From assembly GCA_964577555.1 (NCBI GenBank), contig CAZNZM010000002.1, positions 11,741 through 75,740 of the forward strand: a DNA stretch of 64,000 nt, read 5' to 3'. Below are positions 52,721 through 61,798 of the stretch, one piece after another. Position 1 is the stretch's first letter. Each line of letters begins with the position of its first letter. This DNA is from an uncultured archaeon. GTDB taxonomy: Archaea; Iainarchaeota; Iainarchaeia; Iainarchaeales; Iainarchaeaceae. Below the pieces are notes generated by a model. The model had not been told where the DNA came from and did no database searches. It was given only the letters and a program-made list of their open reading frames with translations. Position numbers and translations under genes: made by a program.

Positions 52721-53422
52721 ATGGTAAGGGTAGAGGATGCGGTAATTGCTCGGTTTGAACATTCTGGGGAGAGATTTGAAATACTTGTAGATCCCAACCT
52801 TGCAATGGATTTGAAGCATGGCAAAGATGTTGATTTTGATGATCTTTTAGCCATTGATTCTATTTTCAAGGATGCGCATAAGGGCGAGGTTAAGAGTGAG
52901 GAGTCTTTGAGAAAGGTTTTTGGAACCACTAATGTTTATGATGTTGCGAGGCGTATTATACTTGAAGGCGAGGTGCAATTGACAACTCAACAAAGGAAGG
53001 AGATTGCCGATAGGAAAAGAAAGGAGATAATTAATTTTATTTCAAGAAACGCTATGAATCCACAGACAAAGGCTCCGCATCCTGCCCAAAGAATTGAGGC
53101 TGCTCTTAATGAGCTTAAATTTAATGTTGATATAAATAAGCCTACTCAGGAGTTGGTGCAAGAGGCTCTTAAAGGCATTAGAAAGTTGCTTCCTATTTCA
53201 ATGGATAAGCTTAATATTGCGGTAAAAATTCCTGCTGAGTTTTCAGGCAAGGCTTCTGTTATTTTGCATAAGTATGGTTTGAAAAAGGAGGAGTGGCAGA
53301 ATGATGGTAGTTTGGTTGCGCTTCTTGAATTGCCTGCTGGAGCAAAGCAGGATCTTTTCAATGAATTGAATCATTTGACGCATGGACAGGTTGAGTCAAG
53401 GATTTTGGAGAACAAGGGGTGA
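52721..53422 (+). CDS. sdo1: Ribosome maturation protein SDO1/SBDS homolog.
   Basis: It has the N-terminal FYSH domain VRVEDAVIARFEHSGERFEILVDP. It sits in the conserved position between psmA and rrp4. Confidence 0.8.
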   Translation: MVRVEDAVIARFEHSGERFEILVDPNLAMDLKHGKDVDFDDLLAIDSIFKDAHKGEVKSEESLRKVFGTTNVYDVARRIILEGEVQLTTQQRKEIADRKRKEIINFISRNAMNPQTKAPHPAQRIEAALNELKFNVDINKPTQELVQEALKGIRKLLPISMDKLNIAVKIPAEFSGKASVILHKYGLKKEEWQNDGSLVALLELPAGAKQDLFNELNHLTHGQVESRILENKG

Positions 53423-53428
53423 GTTTTT

Positions 53429-54103
53429 GTGAAAAGATTGGTTATACCTGGTGAATTGGTGACTGAGGAGAGGAAGAAGTTGGGTTCTCATGTTTTTGTG
53501 CGTGAGGGCAAAATTTATTCTGATTCCATTGGTTTGGTGAATGATGAGAGTGATTTTGCTTCTGTCGTGCCTCTTGAAGGCAGGTATATGCCTCAAGTTG
53601 GTGATATTGTAATAGGGGTTATTACTGGGGAGAAATTTGCTGTTTATGTCATTGATATAAATAGTTTTTATCAAAGTTTTGTTTTGAAGAAGGATATTCG
53701 TGAAATGCTTAAACCTGGTAGTATTGTTTCTGCAAAAGTTGTTAAGGTTAATGAGCTTAATGAAGTGGAACTTGCAATGCCGAGGCTTTTTTTTGGTGGT
53801 GAAGTTATTGATATTTCTCCTGTGAAAATACCTCGTGTTATAGGCCGGGATGGTTCTATGTTGAATTTGCTTAAAGAGGGTACCGGCTCTATGATAATGG
53901 TTGGCAGGAATGGGCGTATTTGGGCAAAAGGCGGCAATATTGATTTGCTCAAAAAGGCTCTTGCCAAGATTGAGTCGGAAGCTCATTTGGATAATCTTAC
54001 TAACAGAGTTGCTGAGTTTCTTAATTTGCATTCTGTTAATAAGCCGAAATTGGCTTCTGATGGTTTGCATGATGGTTTTGATAATGAAGAGGTTGATCAT
54101 TAA
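53429..54103 (+). CDS. rrp4: Exosome RNA-binding subunit Rrp4 (S1 + KH).
   Basis: It has an S1 domain (GDIVIGVITGE...VSAKVVKV) and a KH domain (RVIGRDGSMLNLL). It starts at GTG. Confidence 0.85.
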   Translation: MKRLVIPGELVTEERKKLGSHVFVREGKIYSDSIGLVNDESDFASVVPLEGRYMPQVGDIVIGVITGEKFAVYVIDINSFYQSFVLKKDIREMLKPGSIVSAKVVKVNELNEVELAMPRLFFGGEVIDISPVKIPRVIGRDGSMLNLLKEGTGSMIMVGRNGRIWAKGGNIDLLKKALAKIESEAHLDNLTNRVAEFLNLHSVNKPKLASDGLHDGFDNEEVDH

Positions 54104-54870
54104 TGGGTAAAAAGAAGGAAGTTGAAATGACATATGTGGATTCAAAAGGTAAAAGGCTTGATGGAAGAAAAGTTGATGAGCTTAGGCCTATAAAAATAAC
54201 TTGTGGAGTCATACCAATGGCTGATGGTTCTGCTTACCTTGAATGGGGGCAGAATAAGGTTATTGCTGCGGTTCATGGGCCTTCTGAATGTTTGCCAAAG
54301 CATACTGCTTCGCCGTATAAGGCAATGGTGAAGTTTAGTTATAGGATGGCTACTTTCAGCGTGCCTGATAGAAAAAATCCCAAGCCTGGCAGAAGGGAGA
54401 TTGAGATTTCGAAGGTTTGTGGTGAAGCTCTTGAAAGAGTGATTTTTACTGAGCGTTTTCCAAATACTGAAATTAATATAACTGTTGAAATAATTGACAG
54501 CAACGCTGGTTCAAGGATTGCTGCTCTTACTGCAGCTTCCGTGGCGCTTGCAGATGCTGGCATTCCAATGAGGGACATGGTTTGTGGCACAAGTGTTGGC
54601 AAGGCTGGTGGCAAGTTGATTGTGGATTTGAATAAGGATGAAGAGGATGCTCCTGATGCTGTTGATATTCCTGTTGCAATAATGCCTAATACTGGTGAGA
54701 TAGTTTTGTTGCAGCTTGACGGGATATTGACTCGCAAAGAGTGGGATGATGCTGTGAAAATGGCTTTTGAAGCAGCGCAAAAGGTTTATGAAATACAAAG
54801 ACAGGCTCTTAAAGCCAAATATGCTGAGCCTGATGCAGTTAGTGAGAAAGGAGTTGAGCAGGATGAGTAA
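54103..54870 (+). CDS. rrp41: Exosome RNase PH subunit Rrp41.
   Basis: It has the RNase PH fold (RLDGRKVDELRPI, DGSAYLEWG). Its ATG overlaps the rrp4 stop. Confidence 0.85.
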   Translation: MGKKKEVEMTYVDSKGKRLDGRKVDELRPIKITCGVIPMADGSAYLEWGQNKVIAAVHGPSECLPKHTASPYKAMVKFSYRMATFSVPDRKNPKPGRREIEISKVCGEALERVIFTERFPNTEINITVEIIDSNAGSRIAALTAASVALADAGIPMRDMVCGTSVGKAGGKLIVDLNKDEEDAPDAVDIPVAIMPNTGEIVLLQLDGILTRKEWDDAVKMAFEAAQKVYEIQRQALKAKYAEPDAVSEKGVEQDE

Positions 54871-55642
54871 TGGTTTTTGGGATTTGAGGGTTGATAAGAT
54901 TATTGCTGATCTCAAGGAAGGCAAGAGGCAGGATGGCAGGAAAGTTGACGAGCTTAGAAACGTGGTTATTACAAATAACATAAGCGAGAATGCTGCTGGT
55001 TCAGCAAGAGTTAAATGGGGCTATACTGATGTTATATTTGGAGTAAAATTTGAAATTGCTGAACCTTATCCTGATACTCCTGATGAAGGCGGCATAAGTG
55101 TAGGAGTTGAACTTTTGCCAATGGCGGATCCTGATTATGAAGTTGGTCCGCCTTCGGAAGAGGCTATTGAGCTTTCAAGAGTTGTTGACAGGGGAATAAG
55201 AGAGAGCAAGGGTATTGATTTTAAGGAGCTTTGCCTTGTTGAAGGTGAAAAAGTTTTGATGGCTTATGTGGATGGTTATGTCATTAATAATGATGGCAAC
55301 CTTTTTGATGCGTGTGCAATTGGTGCTTTGAGTTCTCTTCTAAATTGCAGACTTCCAAAAGTTGAAGACGGCAAAATCGTGGCAGGAGAATACTCTGGCA
55401 AATTGAAGTTGAAGTACAAACCAATTTTAAGCACTTTTGGCAAAATAGGGACTGTCATTGTTGCTGATCCTTTGTTGGCTGAAGAAAAAGCAATGTCTGC
55501 AAGGTTTTCGGTTTCTTTGATGGACGATGACAGAATATGTGCGTTTCAAAAAGGACTTTCAGGTTCTTTTAAATTGGACGAAATAAACAATTGTCTTGAC
55601 ATTGCCGCAAAGAACAGTAAGCTTTTAAGAAAGTTATTGTAG
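54863..55642 (+). CDS. rrp42: Exosome RNase PH-like subunit Rrp42.
   Basis: It has QDGRKVDELRNVV. ATG 54863 overlaps the rrp41 stop in the ATGAGTAA arrangement. The longer track ORF is a read-through artefact. Confidence 0.8.
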   Translation: MSNGFWDLRVDKIIADLKEGKRQDGRKVDELRNVVITNNISENAAGSARVKWGYTDVIFGVKFEIAEPYPDTPDEGGISVGVELLPMADPDYEVGPPSEEAIELSRVVDRGIRESKGIDFKELCLVEGEKVLMAYVDGYVINNDGNLFDACAIGALSSLLNCRLPKVEDGKIVAGEYSGKLKLKYKPILSTFGKIGTVIVADPLLAEEKAMSARFSVSLMDDDRICAFQKGLSGSFKLDEINNCLDIAAKNSKLLRKLL

Positions 55643-55653
55643 GAGTGTAAATT

Positions 55654-56010
55654 ATGGGTAGTACAAAAAAAGTTAAAAGTACAGGGCGTTTTGGCTCGCG
55701 TTATGGCGTAGGGATAAGAAAAAGGCTTCTTGATATAGAGCCAGAACAAAAAGCAAAAAACAAATGCCCTGATTGTGGTTCTTATAATGTTAAAAGGGTA
55801 AGCAAAGGTATTTTTGAATGCAAAAAATGCAATGCCAAATTTATTGGCGGAGCCTATTTGCCTCAAACTCTTGCCGGCAAAATTATAAATCAAATGGTTT
55901 CACTTAAAAGTTTCTCACAAGAAATGCTTGCTTCGCTTTCAAAGGCAAAGGGCGAAGAATTGCAAAGTGATGGCCAACAAGGTGATAATGAAAAAAAGGA
56001 GGTTGCTTGA
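55654..56010 (+). CDS. rpl37ae: 50S ribosomal protein L37ae (eL43) with a C-terminal extension.
   Basis: It has the C4 ribbon CPDCG...CKKCN and the GVGIRKRL core. About 25 extra C-terminal residues are present. Confidence 0.85.
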   Translation: MGSTKKVKSTGRFGSRYGVGIRKRLLDIEPEQKAKNKCPDCGSYNVKRVSKGIFECKKCNAKFIGGAYLPQTLAGKIINQMVSLKSFSQEMLASLSKAKGEELQSDGQQGDNEKKEVA

Positions 56011-56142
56011 ATGTATAAATGTTTGCAATGCGGAAAGGAAGTTTCTAACCTAGTGGCTGGTGCGATCAGGTGTCCTGCTTGCGGTTCAAAAATTTTTTCC
56101 AAAATGAGAGACTCTATTTTAAAAAATGTGAAGGCAGTTTGA
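56011..56142 (+). CDS. rpoP: DNA-directed RNA polymerase subunit P (RpoP/Rpb12).
   Basis: A 43-aa ORF absent from the track reads MYKCLQCGKEVSNLVAGAIRCPACGSKIFSKMRDSILKNVKAV, a C4 zinc ribbon. It is in the conserved position after rpl37ae. Confidence 0.7.
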   Translation: MYKCLQCGKEVSNLVAGAIRCPACGSKIFSKMRDSILKNVKAV

Positions 56143-56378
56143 TGGAACAAGTTTTTTTGGAATTCAGGTTTCAAAACGAAACCTGTGCCAATTTTGCGGT
56201 TTTGGCATTATCGCCTGAATTGAATAGAAGATTAGGTCAACGTTCTTCAATTTTAATACAAAGCAATAAAAATATTGTCAAGCTTAAAATATTTGCAAAT
56301 GACAAGCATGCTTTGAAAGCTTCAGAGCATTCTTATAAAAGTTTGTTGGGTCTTTGTCTTAAACTTTGCAATTTATGA
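56142..56378 (+). CDS. pcc1: KEOPS complex subunit Pcc1-like.
   Basis: The 78-aa MEQVFLEFRFQNETCANFAVLALSPEL...ALKASEHSYKSLLGLC fits the Pcc1 pattern F-E-F-x-S-x-x-A...L-x-P-E and the C-terminal helix. Its ATG overlaps the rpoP stop. Confidence 0.5.
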   Translation: MEQVFLEFRFQNETCANFAVLALSPELNRRLGQRSSILIQSNKNIVKLKIFANDKHALKASEHSYKSLLGLCLKLCNL

Positions 56379-56391
56379 AGGTGGATTTTTT

Positions 56392-56745
56392 ATGGTTGAT
56401 TTGAACAAAAACATTCAAGAATTTGAAAGAAGCAGGGTTCAACTTGCCGCAATAGAAAACCAAAGCAATACTCTTTCAATGCAAAGCAAATTCATAGATG
56501 AAGCGTTGAAAGAATTAAAAGAAACTAAAGAGGAAAAGGTTTACAAGGCTGTTGGAAACATTTTAATACTTTCAGATTCAAAAAAAGTCATGAAAGAACT
56601 TGAAGAGCAGAAGGAAACAATTGCCTTGAGATTGAAGACAATTAAAAAGCAGGAAGAAGCAGTTATTGACAAAATGAACAAGCTCAAAAACGAAATTGAA
56701 AATGCTCAAAAAAGTTCCACTGGAGAAAATAAAGAGGAAAATTAA
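56392..56745 (+). CDS. pfdB: Prefoldin beta subunit.
   Basis: It is a 117-aa coiled-coil hairpin protein. It is in the conserved superoperon position. Confidence 0.75.
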   Translation: MVDLNKNIQEFERSRVQLAAIENQSNTLSMQSKFIDEALKELKETKEEKVYKAVGNILILSDSKKVMKELEEQKETIALRLKTIKKQEEAVIDKMNKLKNEIENAQKSSTGENKEEN

Positions 56746-57759
56746 ATGGTGCTGAAAAGCCTTTCAAAGTTTTTCGGCAAAAAATTGCTTATTATTGCTC
56801 ATTCCGGCGCTGATGTTGATGCCATGGCTTCGGCTGGCGCCATATATTTTTCATTACGTAAAAAAATCCAGATTAAAATAGGTGTTCCGGACCATGTGAA
56901 CCTCAACGCAAAAAAATTGTGTGAAAGCCTTGGCATAAAATACGAAATTAATCCTTTATTAAAAAATTTTGATTGCGTTTTATGTGTTGACTTTTCAAGT
57001 AGCGAAATGCTTGGGTCGATGAAAAAAGATTTTGATTTTTTTACTGGTGAAAAATTTGTTATAGATCACCACGACAAAAAAAAGCCACGTCTTGTTCCTG
57101 AAAACAATTTTGTAATTAGGGAAACCGCTGTTTCTTCGACTGAAATTGTTTATGAATTGCTGAAATCAACCAATGGAGCAACCATTTCAAAAAAAGCATA
57201 TGCTTGTATTGCAGCCGGAATAATTTCAGATTCTGCAGGATTTATGGTTGCCGACCACAATACTTTTTCAATAATGGCTGATTCTCTTAAAGGCGCAGGC
57301 ATGTCGTATTATAAAGTCGCTTCGCTTTTTTATTTGCCAAAAGATATTTCCGAATCCATTGCAATGTTAAAAGCGGCAAAAAGAGCAAGGTTTTTCAGGA
57401 GTAGCAATGTTTTAATTGCAATATCTCAAATAGGTTCTTTTGAAGCTGATGCCGCTTCAGGATTGATTAAGTTAGGAGCGACTGTCGCCTTTTGTGGTTA
57501 TGCTGAGAAAAGCAAAATAAGGGTTAGTGGTAGAGTGAATAATAATTGGTTAAAAGAAAACAACTTTGATTTGGCAAAAGACGTATTTCAAAAACTTGCG
57601 TTAAAGTTTGGCGGAGCGGGTGGTGGCCATTCCGGAGCGGCTGGTTTCAACGGAAACGGAGAAGAAGTTGAATCAGTTTTATTAGAATGCGTAAGGCTTG
57701 TCCATTCATTTGTTTTAAATAAATTTAAAGGGGCAAAATTGAGTGAACTTGTTGATTAA
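56746..57759 (+). CDS. DHH-family phosphoesterase (NrnA-like, DHH + DHHA1).
   Basis: It has IIAHSGADVDAMAS, the DHH motif VIDHHD, and the DHHA1 motif GGGHSGAAGF. Confidence 0.7.
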   Translation: MVLKSLSKFFGKKLLIIAHSGADVDAMASAGAIYFSLRKKIQIKIGVPDHVNLNAKKLCESLGIKYEINPLLKNFDCVLCVDFSSSEMLGSMKKDFDFFTGEKFVIDHHDKKKPRLVPENNFVIRETAVSSTEIVYELLKSTNGATISKKAYACIAAGIISDSAGFMVADHNTFSIMADSLKGAGMSYYKVASLFYLPKDISESIAMLKAAKRARFFRSSNVLIAISQIGSFEADAASGLIKLGATVAFCGYAEKSKIRVSGRVNNNWLKENNFDLAKDVFQKLALKFGGAGGGHSGAAGFNGNGEEVESVLLECVRLVHSFVLNKFKGAKLSELVD

Positions 57760-57845
57760 TTTTTTAGCGCTTGCCGCTTTGAAAGTGAAAAATTGTGTCT
57801 TTTAAGAACCTTAAGAACCAAGTACTTTAATTGGTAGTAGGCCCT

Positions 57846-58031
57846 TTATTTTTTTCTTTTTTTTCTTTCAGCTTCAAGGTCTTTTATTTTTTCAATTTCT
57901 TCAGGATTATATGGTTTTGCATATTTCCTGTATTTTGTTTTAGCCCAATGTTCAGGTTGTTTTTTTCTTAATTCAAGCTCTTCATTTATCAAATTTTTTC
58001 TGAGTTTTTCCGACGGTTTAGGAAACTGCAC
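57846..58031 (-). CDS. Small basic hypothetical protein.
   Basis: It is 61 aa and K/R/E-rich with no motif. Confidence 0.25.
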   Translation of the reverse strand: MQFPKPSEKLRKNLINEELELRKKQPEHWAKTKYRKYAKPYNPEEIEKIKDLEAERKKRKK

Positions 58032-58148
58032 ATATTAATATTGTTTTTTTTATATTTAAGCCAACCTGTTAAATGTGTTAGATGAAAGAGGTTTAAAAGT
58101 TTTTGATTTTTTTTTAGCTTCAATTGGTCAATTAAGAATTTTTCATAT

Positions 58149-58466
58149 TTACATGTTTTTTATTTTTAAAAAACAAGATTCGCATATGAATTTATCCATG
58201 AAGTCCATTCCATTTTTGCTGAATTGAGAGCACAATATGCACGGTCTGCCTTCTTTTATTTTAGTTTGGAGGCTCCAAATGTAAAGAGTTTCCCAGTCAA
58301 GCCAAGCAGGAAGAACAATTTCATTTAATACTGTTTTATCGTTTTGCTGTATTCTAATAATTTGAGATGGTACTAGTTGTTTATTGAGTTTTTCCAAAAA
58401 TTCAACTCTTTCTTTTTGTCCTCGTCTTATCATATCTAATTTTTTTGCTTCCCAAATTTCATCCAT
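58149..58466 (-). CDS. Hypothetical protein with a C-terminal CxxC...CxxC zinc-ribbon-like motif.
   Basis: It is 105 aa and contains CILCSQ...CESCF. Confidence 0.35.
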   Translation of the reverse strand: MDEIWEAKKLDMIRRGQKERVEFLEKLNKQLVPSQIIRIQQNDKTVLNEIVLPAWLDWETLYIWSLQTKIKEGRPCILCSQFSKNGMDFMDKFICESCFLKIKNM

Positions 58467-58647
58467 GAATTAAGAAAATGCATTAATATATTTAATTTCA
58501 ACTGTTGTCAGATTTGCCGGTTAAAGTTGTAAATTTTTATTTAAAAAACAGGGGCCTTTTTGTGCGCAAGGCTTGGCAATTATGCATTGTTTTTATCTGA
58601 AAAAAATTGTGCTTTAATAGGGTAAGAAGTATTTTAAATTAATTTTT

Positions 58648-59013
58648 TTAAAGGTATATTATTTTTTTTCCTTTTTTTATTTTTTTCCTTTCAGCATACT
58701 TTATCAGATAATGGCAGGTGCTTTTAGGTATGCCTGTTATTTTCTCTATTTCTCGGTATGTTCTGTTGTCTCTGTGCATTTCCACTACTTCTAAAATTTT
58801 TTCCAAGTCGAGTTTTATAGGTCTTCCAGCAGAATTTTCAACAATTATGTTTCCGCCTGATTCTTTTATGAGTTTTAAAGTTTTTTTTGGCATTCGCTCT
58901 AATGTGCTTTTCGGCATTCTGAATTCTTTTATTCCTGATTCAATCATTTTTTTCACATAGGCAAATTTTTGAGGCCTTGCCAAATGGATTTTTGTTTCAT
59001 TCATACTACTCAT
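58648..59013 (-). CDS. Hypothetical DNA-binding protein with a C-terminal helix-turn-helix (resolvase/transposase-type HTH).
   Basis: It is 121 aa and contains TYREIEKITGIPKSTCHYLIKY. Confidence 0.4.
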   Translation of the reverse strand: MSSMNETKIHLARPQKFAYVKKMIESGIKEFRMPKSTLERMPKKTLKLIKESGGNIIVENSAGRPIKLDLEKILEVVEMHRDNRTYREIEKITGIPKSTCHYLIKYAERKKIKKGKKIIYL

Positions 59014-59056
59014 TTTTGATATACGTAACTTTTTTAAGTAAATTCAAATTCTTTTT

Positions 59057-60262
59057 TTGCTGATTTGTATGAAAGGTTTTGACAGTATTAAGTCTGCATT
59101 GAAAGATCTTAAAAATGGAAAAATGGTGGTTGTGGTTGATGGTGATGATCGGGAAAATGAAGGGGATATTTTGCTTGCTGCCGAAAAGGCGACTCCAGAA
59201 AAATTGAATTTTATAATAAAAGAAGCAAGAGGCCTTTTATGTGTTCCAATAACACAGAAAAAAGCAGATCAATTGGGCCTTCCGAAAATGACTTGGCAGA
59301 ATGACAAATTTAATACTCCTTTTACTGTTTCTGTTGATGCGGCTTCTTGCGGTACAGGTATAAGCGTGCAAGACAGGCTTCTCACTATTAAAAAAATTCT
59401 TTCCGAAAAGTCCAAACCAGAGTCATTGCGCCGACCCGGGCATTTGTTTCCTTTGGTTGCTCAGGATGCAGGAGTTCTTGCGAGGCCGGGCCACACGGAA
59501 GCCGCGGTTGATTTGCTTTTGCTTGCAAATCTGAAACCAGTCGGAGTAATTTCAGAAATTATGAACGATGACGGTTCAATGGCAAGGTTGCCAGAATTAA
59601 AGAAATTTGCTAAATTGCATAATTTGAAATTGATTTCAATAAGGGATTTAATCGATTACAAGATTTCTGCAGGAAAAAACATTTTAGAATGTGGTCATGC
59701 CAAGCTTCCAACAAAATTTGGAAATTTTGAAGCAATAGGTTTTCGCGATTCCCTTGCAAACGAAATTTATTTAGTAGTAAAAAAAGGAGATTTGAAAAAA
59801 GGCAAATCGCCTTTGGTAAGAATTCATTCTGCATGCATAACTGGAGATGTTTTTCACAGCCTTAGGTGTGACTGCAATGATCAATTGCATGCAGCGTTAA
59901 AAAAAATTGAAAGAAATGGAAATGGTTTGGTTATTTATGTGCCTCATCATGAAGGCAGAGGGGCTGGGCTTTTGAACAAGCTTAAAGCTTATGAATTGCA
60001 AGAAAAAGGCAGGGACACTGTTGATGCAAATTTGGAGCTTGGCTTGGAAATTGATAGCAGGGATTTTGGTCCAAGCGCACAAATTTTGCTTCATTTAGGA
60101 ATTAAGAAAATCAGATTAATGAGCAACAACCCTGTAAAAAAATTGAATCTTGAAGCTTATGGTATAAAGATCACAGAAGTGGTGCCTTTAAAGGTAAAAC
60201 CTAACAAATATAATAAATTTTATCTTGAAACCAAAAAATTAAAATTAGGACATTTTTTATAA
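59057..60262 (+). CDS. ribBA: Bifunctional 3,4-dihydroxy-2-butanone-4-phosphate synthase / GTP cyclohydrolase II (bacterial-type RibBA).
   Basis: The RibB half has VVVDGDDRENEGDIL and ARPGHTEA. The RibA half has RIHSACITGDVFHSLRCDCNDQL and EGRGAGLLNK. Confidence 0.85.
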   Translation: MLICMKGFDSIKSALKDLKNGKMVVVVDGDDRENEGDILLAAEKATPEKLNFIIKEARGLLCVPITQKKADQLGLPKMTWQNDKFNTPFTVSVDAASCGTGISVQDRLLTIKKILSEKSKPESLRRPGHLFPLVAQDAGVLARPGHTEAAVDLLLLANLKPVGVISEIMNDDGSMARLPELKKFAKLHNLKLISIRDLIDYKISAGKNILECGHAKLPTKFGNFEAIGFRDSLANEIYLVVKKGDLKKGKSPLVRIHSACITGDVFHSLRCDCNDQLHAALKKIERNGNGLVIYVPHHEGRGAGLLNKLKAYELQEKGRDTVDANLELGLEIDSRDFGPSAQILLHLGIKKIRLMSNNPVKKLNLEAYGIKITEVVPLKVKPNKYNKFYLETKKLKLGHFL

Positions 60263-60325
60263 AATTTGTTTTTTGAAATTATTCATTAAACATTTGTTTA
60301 AATTAATTTATCAAGGTGTTTTAAA

Positions 60326-61234
60326 TTGTCTGAAAAATTCTCTGCTATATTTGGGCTTATAGTTTCGTCTTTTATTTTTGCAATTGTAGGGATTTCTTAC
60401 AAATTGTTTATTTCAATAGGAATTGCATTTATTTCTTTTTTTTGGATAACTCGGTTGTTAAAATTGCTTACTGTTTACGGGATTATGAAAGCAAGAGGAA
60501 TAAATATTGAAATAATCAGTGATAGGCGAGAATTATTTTTTCTTTATTTAAACGGTTTTTTTAGCGTAATAAGTCCTATTTTTTTTGCTCTTGCATTGAT
60601 TTATACAAAAGTATCAACAGCATATTTCCTTTCATACACAATGCCTGCCTGGACTTTGATTTTTTCAGTTGCATTTCTTGGTGAAAAAATTTCTTTAAAA
60701 AAATTATTCGGAATAATGCTTACTGTTATTGGAATTTTTTTGATTACACAACCTGGCGACTTATCTTTAGTAAATTTAGGTTTTATTTTTGGGGTTCTTA
60801 CAGCTTTTTCTCATGCCGGGGATATTATAACCTCGCGAGAACTTAAAGATTATAAACCTGAATTAGTTTCGTTTTACTCTAACTTTTTTCAATTTGTCAT
60901 ATTTACTCTGGCTTTTTTTGCAATGTCAAAAGAAATTATTTTTTGGGAGCCTATAATTATTTTTTATTTAATAATTATTGGCATACTTTTGGGAGTTGCC
61001 AGTTCTTTTTATTATTACTCTCTGCATTATATTGAAGCCTCGAAAGCAGCAATAATATCACTTACAGAACTCATATTTGCTTTATTTTTAGGCATGTTGC
61101 TTTTACAAGAGACTCATTCCATTTTTGAATGGTTTGGTTATTTGTTTATAATACTTGCAGCAGGGATATTTATTTTGAGAAAATCATCTATTCAAAATTT
61201 TACACGATTGATAAATTTCAAAAGAAAATACTAG
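60326..61234 (+). CDS. EamA/DMT-superfamily transporter.
   Basis: It has about 10 TM helices in two halves, each ending in a G-rich helix (LTVIGIFLI / ILAAGIFIL). Confidence 0.5.
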   Translation: MSEKFSAIFGLIVSSFIFAIVGISYKLFISIGIAFISFFWITRLLKLLTVYGIMKARGINIEIISDRRELFFLYLNGFFSVISPIFFALALIYTKVSTAYFLSYTMPAWTLIFSVAFLGEKISLKKLFGIMLTVIGIFLITQPGDLSLVNLGFIFGVLTAFSHAGDIITSRELKDYKPELVSFYSNFFQFVIFTLAFFAMSKEIIFWEPIIIFYLIIIGILLGVASSFYYYSLHYIEASKAAIISLTELIFALFLGMLLLQETHSIFEWFGYLFIILAAGIFILRKSSIQNFTRLINFKRKY

Positions 61235-61459
61235 AGTCTTTTGCAAGTTGTTTTAGTTTAAAGTAATAATTTATGAAGAAATAAATAGAATGGTGCTCTC
61301 ATATATAATCCGATGCTTTATGACTTCTATTAGCAAGCTTGGTTAAATTATTACACAAGAATTTTGATCAGCGTTCGCAAACACGACAATTATAGAAATT
61401 TTGGCATGCCAAACATTAAATAATTGTTTTTTATTATTTTGTGTTTTAATTTTAATTAA

Positions 61460-61798
61460 ATGGCAAAAAAATCTGGGTATCCAGAATTGTCTGAGTTAGA
61501 ATTGCGCATACTTGAAATAGTTAGGGAGCGTTGGCCGTCGTCTGCTTTGGAAATAGCTGAGAATTTAGGTGAAGATGTTTCCTCACATGAAAAACGAAAG
61601 CAACAATCAACCAAATATATTTATTATTTGAAAAAACTCGTTGAGAAAAGGCTGATTCTGTCAAAAAGAGCCGGCAATTTGTTATTGGTTTGGCCAATTG
61701 AAGCCGAAGCCTATAGGGCAATTCACCGCATAATTTCAGAAGCTGAAAAAAACGCAGTTGCATGTATTGAAAAAAAGGCAGGTTATAAAAATGCTTAA
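61460..61798 (+). CDS. Winged-helix transcriptional regulator.
   Basis: It has LSELELRILEIVRERWPSSALEIAENLG (an HTH recognition helix). Length is 112 aa. Confidence 0.5.
   Translation: MAKKSGYPELSELELRILEIVRERWPSSALEIAENLGEDVSSHEKRKQQSTKYIYYLKKLVEKRLILSKRAGNLLLVWPIEAEAYRAIHRIISEAEKNAVACIEKKAGYKNA

Noticed and set aside
54767-54862. 5' extension of rrp42 overlapping rrp41 by about 100 bp
   Set aside because: The in-frame ATG at 54863 gives the conserved N-terminus and the typical ATGAGTAA stop/start overlap, so the extension is read-through of the track.
57802-57819. Tandem ttaagaacc-ttaagaacc just downstream of the DHH gene
   Set aside because: It has two copies only and is too short to call a repeat element. 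It is likely chance.
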